A DNA stretch of 64,000 nt from the human T2T-CHM13v2.0 reference genome, Homo sapiens. The translations under genes were made by a program, and so were the position numbers. Of the stretch, positions 34,300-54,989 are shown in pieces. The notes below the pieces were generated by a model. That model saw nothing but the letters and a program-made list of their open reading frames with translations, did not search any database and was not told the DNA's origin. Every line of letters starts with the position of its first letter. The first letter of the stretch is position 1. Where the stretch lies: assembly GCF_009914755.1 (NCBI RefSeq), contig NC_060927.1; one strand, given 5' to 3'.

Positions 34300-36060
34300 T
34301 AACATTGTATCATAGATCTGATTTTGATCCTTACTATTTTTTTCATCATCTCTTTGTTATACGATCTGTGTTTGTTGCTAGGAGTACATTGACTGTTTTA
34401 GCACTGATTGATGCATACGTTTCACTGTTTAGATCCACTATATTTTATTTATCCCTAATGATTATCTCCAATTTCCAGTTACTACAAAACATGCTCTGAT
34501 GAATGTACTTATCCGTTTCCAGTTATAGACTTGCTAATTATTTCCCTGGGATATATGTATTTGTGAGTGTGTGTATGCATGTGCACATTGTAGAGTATAT
34601 GCGTACTCAAGTGCTAGCAAATTACTCTCTGTAATGGCTGCAAAAGTCTACTGTCTTCATCAATAGTATTGTCAAAAGAAAAACTTCAGCTGAATTAAAT
34701 TTAAAGCAGTTTAATTGAGCAATGAACAATTCACGAATCGGGCAGCCCCCAGAATCACAGAAAATTCAGAGAGACTCCAGGGATGCCTTGTGGTCAGAAA
34801 AAAATATAGACAAGTAAGAGAAATGATGTACAGAAATCGGAAGTGAGTTTCAGAAACAGCTAGATTGGTTGCAGGTTGGCATTTGCCTTATTTGAACACA
34901 GTTTGAACACTTAGCAGCCTCTGAGTGGTTGAAATATGGCCTCTGGGATTGGCCTAGACTCAGTTACTGTTACAGGAGCATATTCCTAAGTTAGTTTTCA
35001 ATCTTGTCTGCCTATTAAGCTAGGTTACAGTTCATCTACAAGGACTCAAATATAGAAGTAAGGTGTTTTTCTCAGGCCATATTTAGTTTGCTTTAACACC
35101 GTATAAGGCTTCTTACTTACCTACCTCCCTAACAATACTTGAAAAAAATTGGTTTTTCATTTTTACCTATCTAATGGGCCTAAAATGTTACTCTAGTGCT
35201 GTTTCAGTATCTTTATATTTTAATGAGTGTGTGAATCTTCTCATATACTTGTTATTTCAACTTACTTCTGGAAAATGTCCTTATAACATCTGAGTATTTT
35301 AAAAAATTGGAGAAGCTATCTTGTTATTATCCATTTGCAAGAATTCTTTATGTAGTTTATATTTTTTCTTACAGATATTAATGCTGCAAATAACATATAT
35401 AAACCTGTCATCTACCAGTTTTATGTATGATGTTGAGTAGAAATCCTTACTTTTTACATAATCAAATTTACCAATTTTTCTCTTTATATTTTGTACTTCA
35501 GATTTTTATTTAAGGAGTTTTATCCAGCCCTCGTTCAGCAACATTTGTTTATACTATGTATTAATGTATAATTTTACCTTTCGTATTTAAATCAGTATTC
35601 TTTGAGGATCAAACTTCTTATAAAGGGTTTATGTAGAGAGGCAGTTTTATTTTTCTTCATATAGTAAGCCAGTTTGCTACTGAACAGCCAGAATAGTTGC
35701 ACTGTGATTTTGTATGTACAATTTATTTGATACTTACTTCTCATGTAAACATGGTCTTGTTTGAGCTCTGTATTCTGTTCCATGATCTATTTCTCTGTTA
35801 TTGTGTTAGTGAACAAAATTTTATTACTGTGGAATTATAGTATATTATATATCAGTAAGACAATTATTAATTTAGGATATTTTTATTGAATAAATTAGGT
35901 ATTCTTGAAATGTTATTCTTTCTGTGAGTTTTAAAATAAGTTTACTGAGTTTTTAAAAAATGTTAAACTGGTATTTTGATTAGAATTGAATTGAATTTAT
36001 AGATAAAACTGGGGGAAATTGTTATTTACAGCATTAAAGTATCCCATCATTAATACGGAT
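34300..36060 (-). mobile_element. Ancient L1M (L1ME-like) remnant, interrupted by an LTR
   Basis: Degenerate antisense ORF2/3' motifs (ggtattttgattagaattgaattgaatttatagataaaactgggg; ctctgtattctgttccatgatctat); boundaries approximate. Confidence 0.55.
34670..35098 (-). mobile_element. MER57A-like ERV1 solo LTR
   Basis: Reverse complement begins TGTTAAAGCAAACTAAATATGGCCTGAGAA and ends ...TTTTGACA; about 430 bp. Confidence 0.8.
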
Positions 36061-36978
36061 TACAGTAACCCATCCAAGGGCATCAAATGTGCTTTCATTT
36101 ATTTAGGAAGTCTTGTGAGACCCTTACAGGGAGCCAGCTGGCAAAGCAGAAATGTGGGTTGACAGGGTTCAGTCCTAGTGCCATAGAGCAGAGTACAGAA
36201 AAATGCCTCTGAAGCCAAGAGACGATGACTTAATGATTACTCAGATAGGAATTTACTGTTTCTTAAAAATTTGGTTGAATTTATTTAAATTAACTTGCCT
36301 AGAGATTTGGCGTAATTACGTATCTGCTCCCAAATTAGTTTAAGCAATGTTTTTGTTGTTACTGTTATTACTTTTTAGGGGGAGAGATTTGTGGATTTTT
36401 TGTAGTAAATAAGGTTGTTATGTATTTATTATCACAATTATAGGAATTTTCCAGAATTGATTAAGGATATTTTAGTTTTCTATGCTTGGAAACTGTTTTT
36501 GTGATGAGATTTATGCTGACACAAGGAAAATGACATATTTTTATGCTCACACAAGGAAAGTAACATTCTCTTTTACAATGTGATTTTTCTTCTTTCTCAG
36601 GCGTATATAATTATTCATTTTTCTATTAACTTATAAACTATTGCATTTACTTTAAATTTTGTCCTAATATTTACTGTGTTAAGTATATGTTAGATCCTTT
36701 AAGTATACTGACTTCTAACGTAAGCTTCTTGCCTGTGGGAACCATATTTAATTATGTGTAGCATTTAGCTTAATTCTGTGTCATTTTAATTTTTAACCAC
36801 TTAGGAAAATAACATTTTCCTTGTGTAAGCATAAAACTTATGAAAAATCTAAACATTCATAAGTCATGAAGAAGAAAGAAAATTCATTGATAATCCCCTC
36901 TTTGAAAAATAATTACTCTTGTTTCAGGTTTTGAAGAGAACTTTCCTCAGCTTTGTGAGTGTGCTTCAATGCTATGAA

Positions 36979-37003
36979 TACACACACACACACACACACA
37001 CAC
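36979..37003. repeat. (CA)n microsatellite
   Basis: Seen directly. Confidence 0.95.
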
Positions 37004-37478
37004 TTTATGTAACATAGGTTATATAATAAGAAATTATTATATAATTTTAGATGATATATATTATATACAACTTAATGTATTACATTATATAATATATGAT
37101 ATATTACTGTATGTTTTAAAAATTATTATAGTTTACTTTTTGTTTTATAATTAAATTTTTCATTTACTAGTATATTATGAATACTTTTCCAAGTCATTGA
37201 ATGTCTTTTTCACGCTGAATTTTACTGACTGTATGATATTCTGTCATTTCACTTTGCCACAATTATTTTTCAAACTTTATTATCTCATGATAAAATTCTA
37301 GAAGCAGAATTACTAGATCAGTGTCTTAAATAACTTCTTAGAATGTTTACATATGTTGCCAAGTTTTTCATGATTGATTATCGTGTACCAATATCTTTTT
37401 CTAGAAATCCATTTTAACTGTTTTGGATTATTTTGTTTTAGTTGTTATCTTTTTAACAACATAGAATTGAGTAACAGT

Positions 37479-37501
37479 TGTGTGTGTGTGTGTGTGTGTG
37501 T
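37479..37501. repeat. (TG)n microsatellite
   Basis: Seen directly. Confidence 0.95.
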
Positions 37502-38184
37502 TTTAATTATTGGAAGTTCCTTTGTTAAGCACTTCGATTGATTTTTGTGATCAAGTTTGGACACAGGAGACTGAGTGCTACCAAGTACTCTGATTAGTAA
37601 AGATGAACTTGATGTTCTTGAAGGAACTTTGGAAGGAGAATGGATCTGCAGCTAACATGTAGACGGCAGTTGGATTTTGTTTATTATAAGATCTGGGAGT
37701 CTTTATCTTTTAAAAGTGGATATTTAGCAATTATTGTTTGACAATTGACATGTATCCTTTGTCTTCTGTATCCTTTGTCTTCTGTTATGAGCTATTGTAT
37801 ACCTTTTATTTATATGCTTACTATTTTTTTCTCTTCTCTTTATGACTCATTCTGTAATATTTTCTGTAGTTTACAATGTAGTTTTTCTATTTTATCGGGT
37901 GTATATAATTATTTATTTTCTATTAACTTATAAACTATTACACTTAATTTTTGTTCTAATATTGACTGTGTTAGGTATATGTTAGATCATTTAAGTGTAC
38001 TGACTTTGGATGTAAACTTCTTCCCTGTGGTAACCATATCTAATTATGTGTAGCTTTTAGCTTAGTTCTGTGTCCTTTTAATGTTTGACCACCTAGGAAA
38101 TGTGTATTGCTTTGCTTATTGGATTTAACTGTAAACTTTAAATTGGATTTAAATTGTAAACTACCATAGAGAAAATGGTAAAAG

Positions 38185-38212
38185 CACACACACACACACA
38201 CACACACACACA
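38185..38212. repeat. (CA)n microsatellite
   Basis: Seen directly. Confidence 0.95.
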
Positions 38213-40031
38213 TTCTATGTATTTTGAGAGTAGCTTCAAAAAATATTTCATAAATATTTTTTGATAAAATTCTCATTTCTGTCTCTTAAGAATATTGGAT
38301 TAATTAGAAGTATATATGAGAATTAACATTTAATCATTTTTGTCAAGTACTTAGGTACTTACAATGAACCTAAGTACAAAAGTACCTAAGTACATTGGAT
38401 CCATATAATGTATTTCAGAGCTGAAAGATTTATATTCCCAATGTGACCTTAAAACTCTGTGTGATGCATCATAAGGTTCTTTACTGCTATGCTAACAGCA
38501 ATTTTAGTTTACTATTCTGTGCAATATAATGTGCAATATTCAGGGATAGATTTTTTCCTTGAAGTTTGCTAAGCGAATGACTATTAAGCATTGTTATTTA
38601 GTTAGCCTCAAATATTCTTTTTCTTTCTTTTCCTTAAGAAAAGATTAATGAAACTTTTTCTAAAGGTTGTTTGAAATAGTAGGGTAAGTTTATTATGCTG
38701 TCTTTGGCATATTACACAGTAGTGATTGCACCAAATCTACATAAATGCATATGGTTCTTTATAAGCAGTTTTACAGAAATAATATAGTAAATCTAAATTA
38801 CACTCTGGGTAATTAATAATTTGTGAAATTAAAAAATAGAATGTAGAAGAAATTCTCAACCTGGTTCAGCAGTTTAAAACAACTCTTCTAACTTCTACTA
38901 ATTTGATATTCTAAGATAATTTTTAACAATTGGAAATCAGCACCATGGAATTATCATAAAAGAATAATACCTCCACTTTGAGAATTTTCCCATTATATAT
39001 GTACTTACATGTTGTGTTTAAGAATCACTAAATAGAAATATGCTATACAAAATTAAATAATATAACCAATTGTAATTTTATTCAAGTCAGATTTTCATAT
39101 CTGGCACCCTATAATTTCTACTGTTAAGTCAATTAATGCAGATAAACCTCATTTGAAGCCATTGGAATGGCCGATGATCGTGGATATAATTTCTCATGTA
39201 GGATTCTGATGTCAAGCAAGCTTTGACCTTCCAAGAACCATCCCTATACAACTGAAATCCTAAATAGAGCTATAATTTTAATTGAAATATGAAGGTCTAA
39301 TATATTTTGAAAAACCAGGTCAAAACATATATCATTGTGAAGTGTTAAAGCAACATTAGTGGTCCAAAATATAACCTAATAAGGTATGTACAGAATCATA
39401 ATCTTAACTTAAATGGTTCTCTGCAAATTTTATTTCCATGTTGCATATCTTTAATAAGAAATAACTCTTCTCCAGATTTCTGTGTGAAGATTGTGCTTCT
39501 GAACAAACCAACACTCCACCAAATATTTTCTTGTCATGGTCACTGATAAATTTTCTATTAAAAATCTAGTATACATTGAGTGGTTTTTATCTTAGTGGAT
39601 CTTTCAGCATCATTTAATATGCTAAATACTTTCTCCTTCATTAATAATTTCCTATTGTAATGTGTACAGGACATCACACTCTCAGGAGATTTGTCTATCA
39701 ATGTACATTAACATGTCCAGTTTGAATATTCATTTCATTTATTTCATATGTGATGTTTATAAGAATTATCAATTCAAAAGTTAATACACTTAAATATTAT
39801 ACCTTTTAGTTAAATAGAATGTTACTCAGAGTCAGGGCTATAGACTTTATTAGTAATTACAGCAAAGATAAGTGATTTTATTGAATCTGTAAATAGTCTC
39901 TTTTTATTAAAGTGCTTCTCCATTAAAGGATACTTCCTAAGCAGCCTGAATATTACTTCACCTGTTCAGTTCACTCTCTCTCCTGACACAGACACATAGT
40001 CTAAATACCGTTTTCCTCTTCTCTGCCTCTT

Positions 40032-40034
<3 letters not shown>

Positions 40035-40079
<45 letters not shown>

Positions 40080-40099
40080 GAGCGAGAGAGAGAGAGAGA
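40035..40099. repeat. (CA)n(GA)n compound microsatellite
   Basis: Seen directly. Confidence 0.95.
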
Positions 40100-42212
40100 A
40101 AGTGCCTCTTAGTTATAAACCTGAGTTTTCATCCTAACTTATAATTGTGTGCACTAGCATGATGTCCAGTGAGTCATGTGATGTTTGCAAGCTTCAGCTA
40201 AGTCATATGTTATGTTTCTGTTCACCTGAGTCATCCTGGTGTCTTTAAAATGCTATGGCTAGGTTAGGAGATTGCTAAAAGTTTACATATTTTCCATCTC
40301 ATGTCATATATAGAATCATTACTTGAGCAGGAGTAGCTCTCCCATTAGTGGAAGCATTCACAGTTGTTTTAGTTATAATTTAAGCTTTCTTATTATTAAT
40401 TTGTATATTTAACAACTATTAAGAACCAACTGCAATCCCTGTTGTGGGAACATCCTATGGGAGGCTTGTGTGGGAAGCTCTATGATGAAAAGACAACGTC
40501 CTTGTCCTAACAGAGCTTACGGTCTACGTAAATTTATCTTGATTCAAAGCCTTCATGTGGTCCAACATAACTTTTCACATACTTTTGGTGTTAATTCTTC
40601 TGTTTTCTTTGTAAACTCAGATGAGTCAATTCCCTCCTTTAAATCAGCTTCCTCATCCATAAATCAGGATAATATGCTTCATTCTCTATAACTTACAAGA
40701 ATCAAATTAAATGTGGTTTGTGAGATTATTTTTCTGTGCTTGCTATATTTGGAGGTCCTATGTAACTAGCATAGTATTCATATATTGTTGAACATAAGAC
40801 AGGGTAATTAAGATAAATATTTGCAATCCCTTTATTTAGAAATCCTATAAATCTTCAAAGATAATATTTGCAATATTTTATTTATCGTTAAGTAAGAATC
40901 TCAACTTCGTAAGCCATTTAAGGCCTTTTGGACATACAGAAGATGAACTGTTTAATAAATTTAATCTTCAGAATATGACAGTTTTATGGGATAATCTATT
41001 CCTTCTTAGTAGAAGTTATCTTTATTGCTATAATATTTTAATCTTGTTAATAGGACAAATCTACCAAAAGTAAAACATTTAATTGTAAAACTTAATTAGA
41101 CTCAGCAGTTGTCTTCCAGATACACCACTGAATTCTTACCTTTGTTATTAAATATCTTTGTAGTGTTAATAAAAAAGTTTTAAGTTTGCCCAAAGTGAAA
41201 TAGAAATGTATCTGCACATGATGCATTTTGCTTCTTGTTTTATTCTCCAAAGCTGGTTATCATTTAAATGCAGAGCCTTCACTTTTCTGCTGCAAAAACA
41301 GATTTATGTTATTAACTACATGCCTAGCAGCAGAATTCAGGGCACTAATTTTCTAAGTTTATGTCAGTATATTGATACAAAGTGACTATTTAAGTAGTTC
41401 TGAGGAAAATGTAATATTAGAATAAGAAGACTTCTTTAACAAGCTTTACTTTGATACAGAATATTAGATACGTATGTTTAAAAATTAAGCCACTGCAGAA
41501 TTACAGAATGAGATACCCGTGTACATTCAACAACCTTAGTTTATTTGGCTTATGCAAGGTAAGATGAAGAATGTTTGGAACAAATCACATATGGGCCATT
41601 TTGCAACTTTTCATTCTCAGCCATTCTGCATTCTTAATCTTAGAATGAAGTTGAAGATTTTATTTCCCTTTTTGGCTCTCTTTCCCATTTAAATTTAGTT
41701 GATTTGGAGGAATAATTAATTATTGGCATATACTACAAAACATTGAGAACATATTATACAAAAAACCTGGCTAGAAATTATAGATTTATTATGATTTTGT
41801 TGTTGTATATTGTTTTAATCTATCTTTAAATTGTCTTTTACTTTTGGGAAAAAATAATAATATGCTGTATCATTTGTGTATTAATCATCTACCAGTGTAA
41901 TGCTAGCTAATTTAAAAACGCATTTAGTCTTTTGGATTCTATATCTTTCAAATGGTCACTTGTTATATTCTATTTTCCATGACTATTCCCCCTTTATATA
42001 TTTACTATAAATACATTTTGAAGAAAAACAATAAAGAAAAATATTATCTCCAAGTATTTATGTCCTTTTTAGTCTATAACTGGGATCTGTTAGAAATTGA
42101 GGAGGAAATAAATTTATGCCTTAATAGTTTTAGTATTAGAGGATATGGTCTTACAGCATGTAATTAACAAAAATCAATACAGAAAAGGGAAGAGAGGAAA
42201 GAGATTTCAGAA

Positions 42213-42221
42213 ACACACACA

Positions 42222-42252
<31 letters not shown>
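42213..42252. repeat. (CA)n microsatellite
   Basis: Seen directly. Confidence 0.95.
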
Positions 42253-43330
42253 GTATTTAGGAAGCACAGGTAAAGACGAAAATATGTTTCTCCAACAGTC
42301 CCAGTCTTCCGTGTTATTAGAATATTTCCTTTTCTGTTACCTACTGTCAGCATATTTAAGATTGGTTTTAACTGATATTTCATTTCCTTAAATCAGACCA
42401 GCCTTGCAGCTGTTTAAGGTCCTAAGGCATCTAGGGTGTGACTTCCCTCTCCCTTTTCTCTCTGGGATACATACGCAAGCACACTGGTCTGAAGGTAAAT
42501 GCTCTTTTCTTTTGCTATGTTTTGAGTATTTTATCAGGACTTATCCTTGCCATTTGAAAATATAATTAGCTTTCCAATAGTCCGTTCTGTGCTAAGAAAC
42601 AAACTATCTGCTCCTATTTTAAAATTTCAAAATTGATTTTGGAAATAAAAGTTTATATTTCTTTGAATTCTAAAGATTTTCAGAGGGAAGAAGATATAAA
42701 TTTGAGAGATTTATGTAAGAACTTTGGATGTATGTGTCCATTTGCCAGCATATTATCTGAATATTCTTTGCCTAGAAAGGCTGTTTGATTGCCTTATTTT
42801 GTTCTCCAAGAAAAGAAAGCCATCTGATTCCTCAATGACTGCCAGTTGCTTTAAGAATTAATTTCCTTGTTCTGACTTTCTATACCCAAAAGGAATCTGG
42901 TTTTTTGGCCTAGTTTATTTAGCTTGCTATAGAAACAAAAATTCATATGTGGATGTAGAAGGGTTTTTAGAGAATCCTCAGGCATAAATATTAAATAGAT
43001 TAATTATTACTCATAGCTATTCACATTTCCTATCACTTCTAACAAATATTCACTTCAGATGATACAGCCCCCAAACCACTAAGCTATATGCACACACTAT
43101 TGGCAATTTTAATCCTGTACCATGTATATCCAGGAAGTAAAACTTCTTACCCTTTTTAAAACAAATATACATATAACTTATTCTTTAGCTGCGAAATGTT
43201 TAGATGTACGTAAGTTTGGTAATTGTAGCTATTACAGGTTTAAAATAATTCAATCTGTAATTATTATAAATATCTATATCATTATAAATAAATCTGTCAT
43301 TAAATCTGTACTATTAAAAATCTCTATATT

Positions 43331-43636
43331 GCTGGGCACAGTGGCTCATGCCTATAATCCCAGCACTTTGGGAGGCTGAGGGGGGCGGATTGCCTGAGGG
43401 TTCAGGAGTTCGAGACCAGTTTGGCCAACATGGTGAAACCCTGTCTCTACTAAAAATACAAAAAAATTAGCCAGGCATGGTGGCATGTACCTGTAATCCC
43501 AGCTACTTGGGAGGCTGAGGCAGGGAAATTGCCTGAACCCGGGCGTGGGGGCTGCAGTGAGCCGAGATCATGCCACTGGTCTCCAGCCTGGGCGACAGAG
43601 CGAGACTCCATATCAAAAAAAAAAAAAAAAGAAAAA
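43331..43636 (+). mobile_element. AluS
   Basis: Full dimer with A-tail; TSD aaaatctctatatt / agaacctctatatt. Confidence 0.92.
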
Positions 43637-43643
43637 GAACCTC

Positions 43644-44045
43644 TATATTATATAATATATAATATGATAGATTCTGTATATTATATAATATATGATATAA
43701 TAGATTCTGTATATTATATAATATATAATATAGTGTATACATAATAAATATACATATTATAACAGAATCTTTATTATATATAATATACTGTGTATATTTA
43801 ATAAAATATATAAAATATGTTATTAATACAATAAATATATATAATAAAATTATATATTTGTAGTATGATTAATAATTATAAATAATATAATGAAATTGTA
43901 TTTATAATATAAAGCTTTATTATACTTATAATTATAAATAATGTATTAAAATTGTATTACACTTATAATAATTACAAATAATATATTAAAATTATATTAT
44001 TAATTATTGATATATTATTAAATTATTATTATAACATAAAATTTT
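43644..44045. repeat. AT-rich low-complexity tract beginning with a 33-bp tandem repeat
   Basis: (tatattatataatatataatatgatagattctg) repeated about 2.7 times, then TA-rich sequence. Confidence 0.85.
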
Positions 44046-44654
44046 AAAACCTGGCTTTTTGGCCTAGTTTATTTAGCTTGCTATGGAAATGAAAATTTAT
44101 ATGTTGATGGGGAAGGGTTTTTAGAGAACTCTGATATATAAGAATCTGTAAATTATATATGTCATTATAAATACTTTTGTTATTAAATCTGTACTAAGTT
44201 GGTCAGTTTGGTCAGGTGCTTGCTTTTACATAATAGGCACTGAACTAAAATATCCCAGTTCCTCTGTCTCTTTTTTTTTTTAATTTATGTTTTTTATGTA
44301 ATATTTAAAATATCAATATATAAAATAACTCACCAATATAGAAAGTAGAAAAGAGCTCAGTAAAGCAAAAATCGAATTATACATGCTTCTACAGAATAGA
44401 ATATCTTGCAAACTACATCTATTCTTATGTCCTGGATAAATAGAACAGAGAGACTCATTTTGTCTTATGTTCATTTTATGAATCCTTTTTTTTGGATCAA
44501 GGAATGACTATATGAGGAAATTTTGCCAGAGTCTCTTGTTCAATGAAAGCTTTTGGTTAAGCAAGAATCAGCTGTCCTTTGACAGGATGCCAGGAGGAAT
44601 GTCTTAAGATCCATATAACAATTTATTCATTCTAAGACATACATGTTGAATACA

Positions 44655-45190
44655 GTGTGATAAAGTCAGTGTGGTCATAGGAGGAAATGAGAACAAGGCC
44701 CGGAAAGAAGTTTATTATACTCATAAGTCCCAGAGAGGGGGTCAGTGCATGCCATTCAGGGCCACACAGGAAGCACTATGTTTTGGTCAGGTGGTAGAAG
44801 ACAGGAGTGAGGGGCAATCTAGGCTAGAGCCTTTACTAGGGTTTCTGAGGGAAAGACAGGGCGGAGCAAAGCAAACACTTTGGTGTTTGCTTAGTTTGAA
44901 TAATTCCTGTGGAATTTGGGCAATAGGGGTGGTCTATAAGTACCAGATACCTGCCCTATGATCGATCATCTAGGGTAGGGGAAATATTGCCTTGATGTGT
45001 GAGAGTAACACATCATAAGGAAGAGTTTGGGGCTGTAGACTTGGGAGGGGCAGACTTGCATATGAAGCTCCAGGCCCAGCCCTTTGCTATATCTAATAAT
45101 TGGCTAGCAATGAGAAGTGCAGTTTCTCCACCCATACCATCTCCTCTCAGCAAGCTTTTTAAGAGGTCTTAACGTCATAGAATACGTAAA
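44655..45190 (-). mobile_element. ERVL-type LTR (MER74/MER54/LTR53-like)
   Basis: gaaagaagtttattatactcataagtccc...cagggccacacaggaagcac...gcctttactagggtttc; family assignment tentative. Confidence 0.55.
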
Positions 45191-47024
45191 ATAAAGTTAG
45201 AAGACCTAGTTCTAATTCTAGTCCATGAAACACTGGGTAATTGATTTTATTCTTGGGTATTGGATTCCTTATTGTTATTATGAAAATAAAAATACCTGTC
45301 TTGCTTTATTGGACCAATGAAGACCAAATGAGTTAACATTTGTGAAAAAGTTTTGATGAATATAAGTTCAGTATATAAATAGTGGCCTTAAGGATCATTA
45401 CATCCAAGGTAACCTTGTAGTACATGAAAGAAAGAATTCCTTGGAGTACAAATCATTCTTGCTTAACCAAAACTTCTCATTGAGCAGGACACTTAGTTAC
45501 AAAACTTTTCCATCCATCTCTTTGTCATCCATCTGTCCACTCCTTGATCCAAAAAAGAGCTCACAAAATGACCATAGACAGAAGTTCCTTGTTCTACTCA
45601 TATAGGTCATGAAAACAGAAATTATTTGCAAGATTTTCTTCCCTGCAGAAACATGTATTATTTAATTTGATTTATTTAACTCTTTTCTACATTATATATT
45701 AGTATTTTATTGTAAGTTCTACATAAAATTTTTCTTAAAAAGCATACATGTGATTGAGGAGTTGTAATGTTTTGTATTCATTACCTATTATATAAAAGCT
45801 AGCACCTGACAGAAGTGCAAAATTAATAGCAAAATTAATGACAGGTTTGATAATATACTTTATCCTGTAATTTGTACATTTACCAGGTTTATGCATGTCT
45901 AAGTATTTCACAGTTGGATAATAAGTTATATGTTTGTTTTAAATAGGGGTAGGAACTTTAAGTGGGACAGAACTAAAGTTGTCTAAAAGTGTATGCATAT
46001 AGCTTAGTTTTATAAATTAATTTCTATTCACTTTCCTCCCTCTGGCTTATTGAATTTTATAATTCTTTATTGTTCAAGTCCAGTGCATGCTTCTTGTCTG
46101 AGCCTTCCAAACAACTCCAGTTCATGAGTGTTGCTGTCCTTTGAACACTTACTATATTTTACTATATAAACTATTAGATTGTTACACTTAAACCTGCACT
46201 AAAATGTTGTTAATTAACAATTAACATTTTAATTAATGCTTATTAACACATGATGTGTAGAGGTGACAAAGTACTTTATGACGTTAAAAAAAGGCTTTTA
46301 AAGTAAATGTTTACACTAACTACCTAATAATGAAGTAAAACATAGGTTTTTAACTCTCTTTGCTATTAAAAAATAATTCCAGTAATCTTACAGTCCAAAT
46401 TGGATTTTAAAAAGAATTATGATCATCTTTAGACCCAGGAAGGGAAGCCTCTACTCCATGCTAGAGCTTTAGATGGTCTTGCCCGTTCACTCCTCTGGCT
46501 ACATTACCCTTCATGAAGATATGACCTTGAGGGATAAGAAGATATGCCACTTAGATCTTATGGTTTATTTCTATACCATAGCACAGGTATTCAAGACCCT
46601 AGACTTTCTTGCTCAAATGGCCTTAAGTCTACTTTTAGGAGCTTCACAGATTCTTCCTGGGATTCATCCTCCAAAGGATGTACTGTGACACTGGTGTGCT
46701 CAGCCTAAGTTCACTGGAGGACTAAAGTTGGCAGCTTTTTGAAACAGGGAAAAGACACAGCTTGTGTATGAGATGCTCATATATGTGCATATGTGAAGTC
46801 TGTCAGGGTGTGAGATAGAGCTAGAGTCAGGTAAGGGCAAAGAAGTGGGATTAACTGAGGTTAAGAGCTGGCTCTCTATAGGCCACTACATGCTGCCTAG
46901 GGTCTTAGGAGTCCAAGTATTTTAAATATGAACCTGGATTGTCAGGTTGTTATGAAAGTATCTTTACAAAGTAGACTGGTACTGTATATTTTAAGTTTGG
47001 TCTAATTTAAAGAATGGAACTGCA

Positions 47025-47318
47025 GGCTATTATCTTAAATGAAACAACTGACACATAGAAAGACAAATACTGCATGTTCTCATTTATAAGTGGGAGCTAA
47101 ATAATGTGCACACATAGATGTACACTGTGGAATGATAGACAATGGAGACTTGGAAAGGTGAAAGGGTAAAAGGGGGGTGGATGATGAGAAATTACTTAAT
47201 GGTGCAATGTACATTATTCCGGTGATGAGTACACTAAAGCCCTGACTTCACCAATATGCAATATATTAGTGTAATAAAATTATACTTGTATTCTATACAT
47301 TTATACAAGTAACAAAAG
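47025..47318 (+). mobile_element. L1PB3/4-type 3' end
   Basis: caaatactgcatgttctcatttataagtgggagctaaa...gacttcaccaatatgcaatata. Confidence 0.8.
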
Positions 47319-47443
47319 ATTTATCATTTAAAAATATTAAGGCATGTGGTATGTGAGCTGCCATACTCATATTCTTGCCTTGGGACCCCTACTTTTTAGA
47401 GACCCTATTTAATTTAATACTTGAAATTATAACTAAAAGGTTA

Positions 47444-48176
<733 letters not shown>

Positions 48177-48856
48177 TATATATAAATGCAGTATTTCCAA
48201 AAGGAAAAGTATGCCTGAAATGTGATATAATTTTTATACCTACTAATGTTATATTTTATGGCAAATTCCATAGGCTTTTAGATCTATATCAATCTTGAAT
48301 CTATCTTCTTGTTTTAGGGAATCAGATCCAAATTTGTATATCAATATATATTACTTTCTATATTCTTGAATAAGATGAAATTTACCAATTATGTCTGTTT
48401 TGAGTGTTTTGGTACCTAAGTCTAATTCTAATTTATTTTAAGTAGAAGAAGAAACATTATTTTTCATCAAACATCACAAACTCAGTGTAAAAAAAAATGC
48501 ATCATTTTGTTATGTATCCTTATGCACTGTATTTGAGAAGAATAACATTTCCGATTACCTGTGTGTATTTTGTACTTCTATATTTCTTGGTTTATATCGG
48601 TTCTGATTAGAGAATACATATATTTTTTCACTTCAGACCCTTCTCTCATTCTGAACATCTCCGCAACTGAATGTATTTGTAAATAAGGAAATATTATAAT
48701 TTCATAAATGATATTTTCAAACACTTCTTCATATTTGAGTTAAAGTTAATCTCATATTTTCAGAGAATTAATTTTTTGTTGAACATGGTTAATGCTTTTT
48801 GTTAATATGAAGTGATGAAGATACTAAAACAGAATTTACAGGGAATATAATTCTTT

Positions 48857-54989
<6,133 letters not shown>

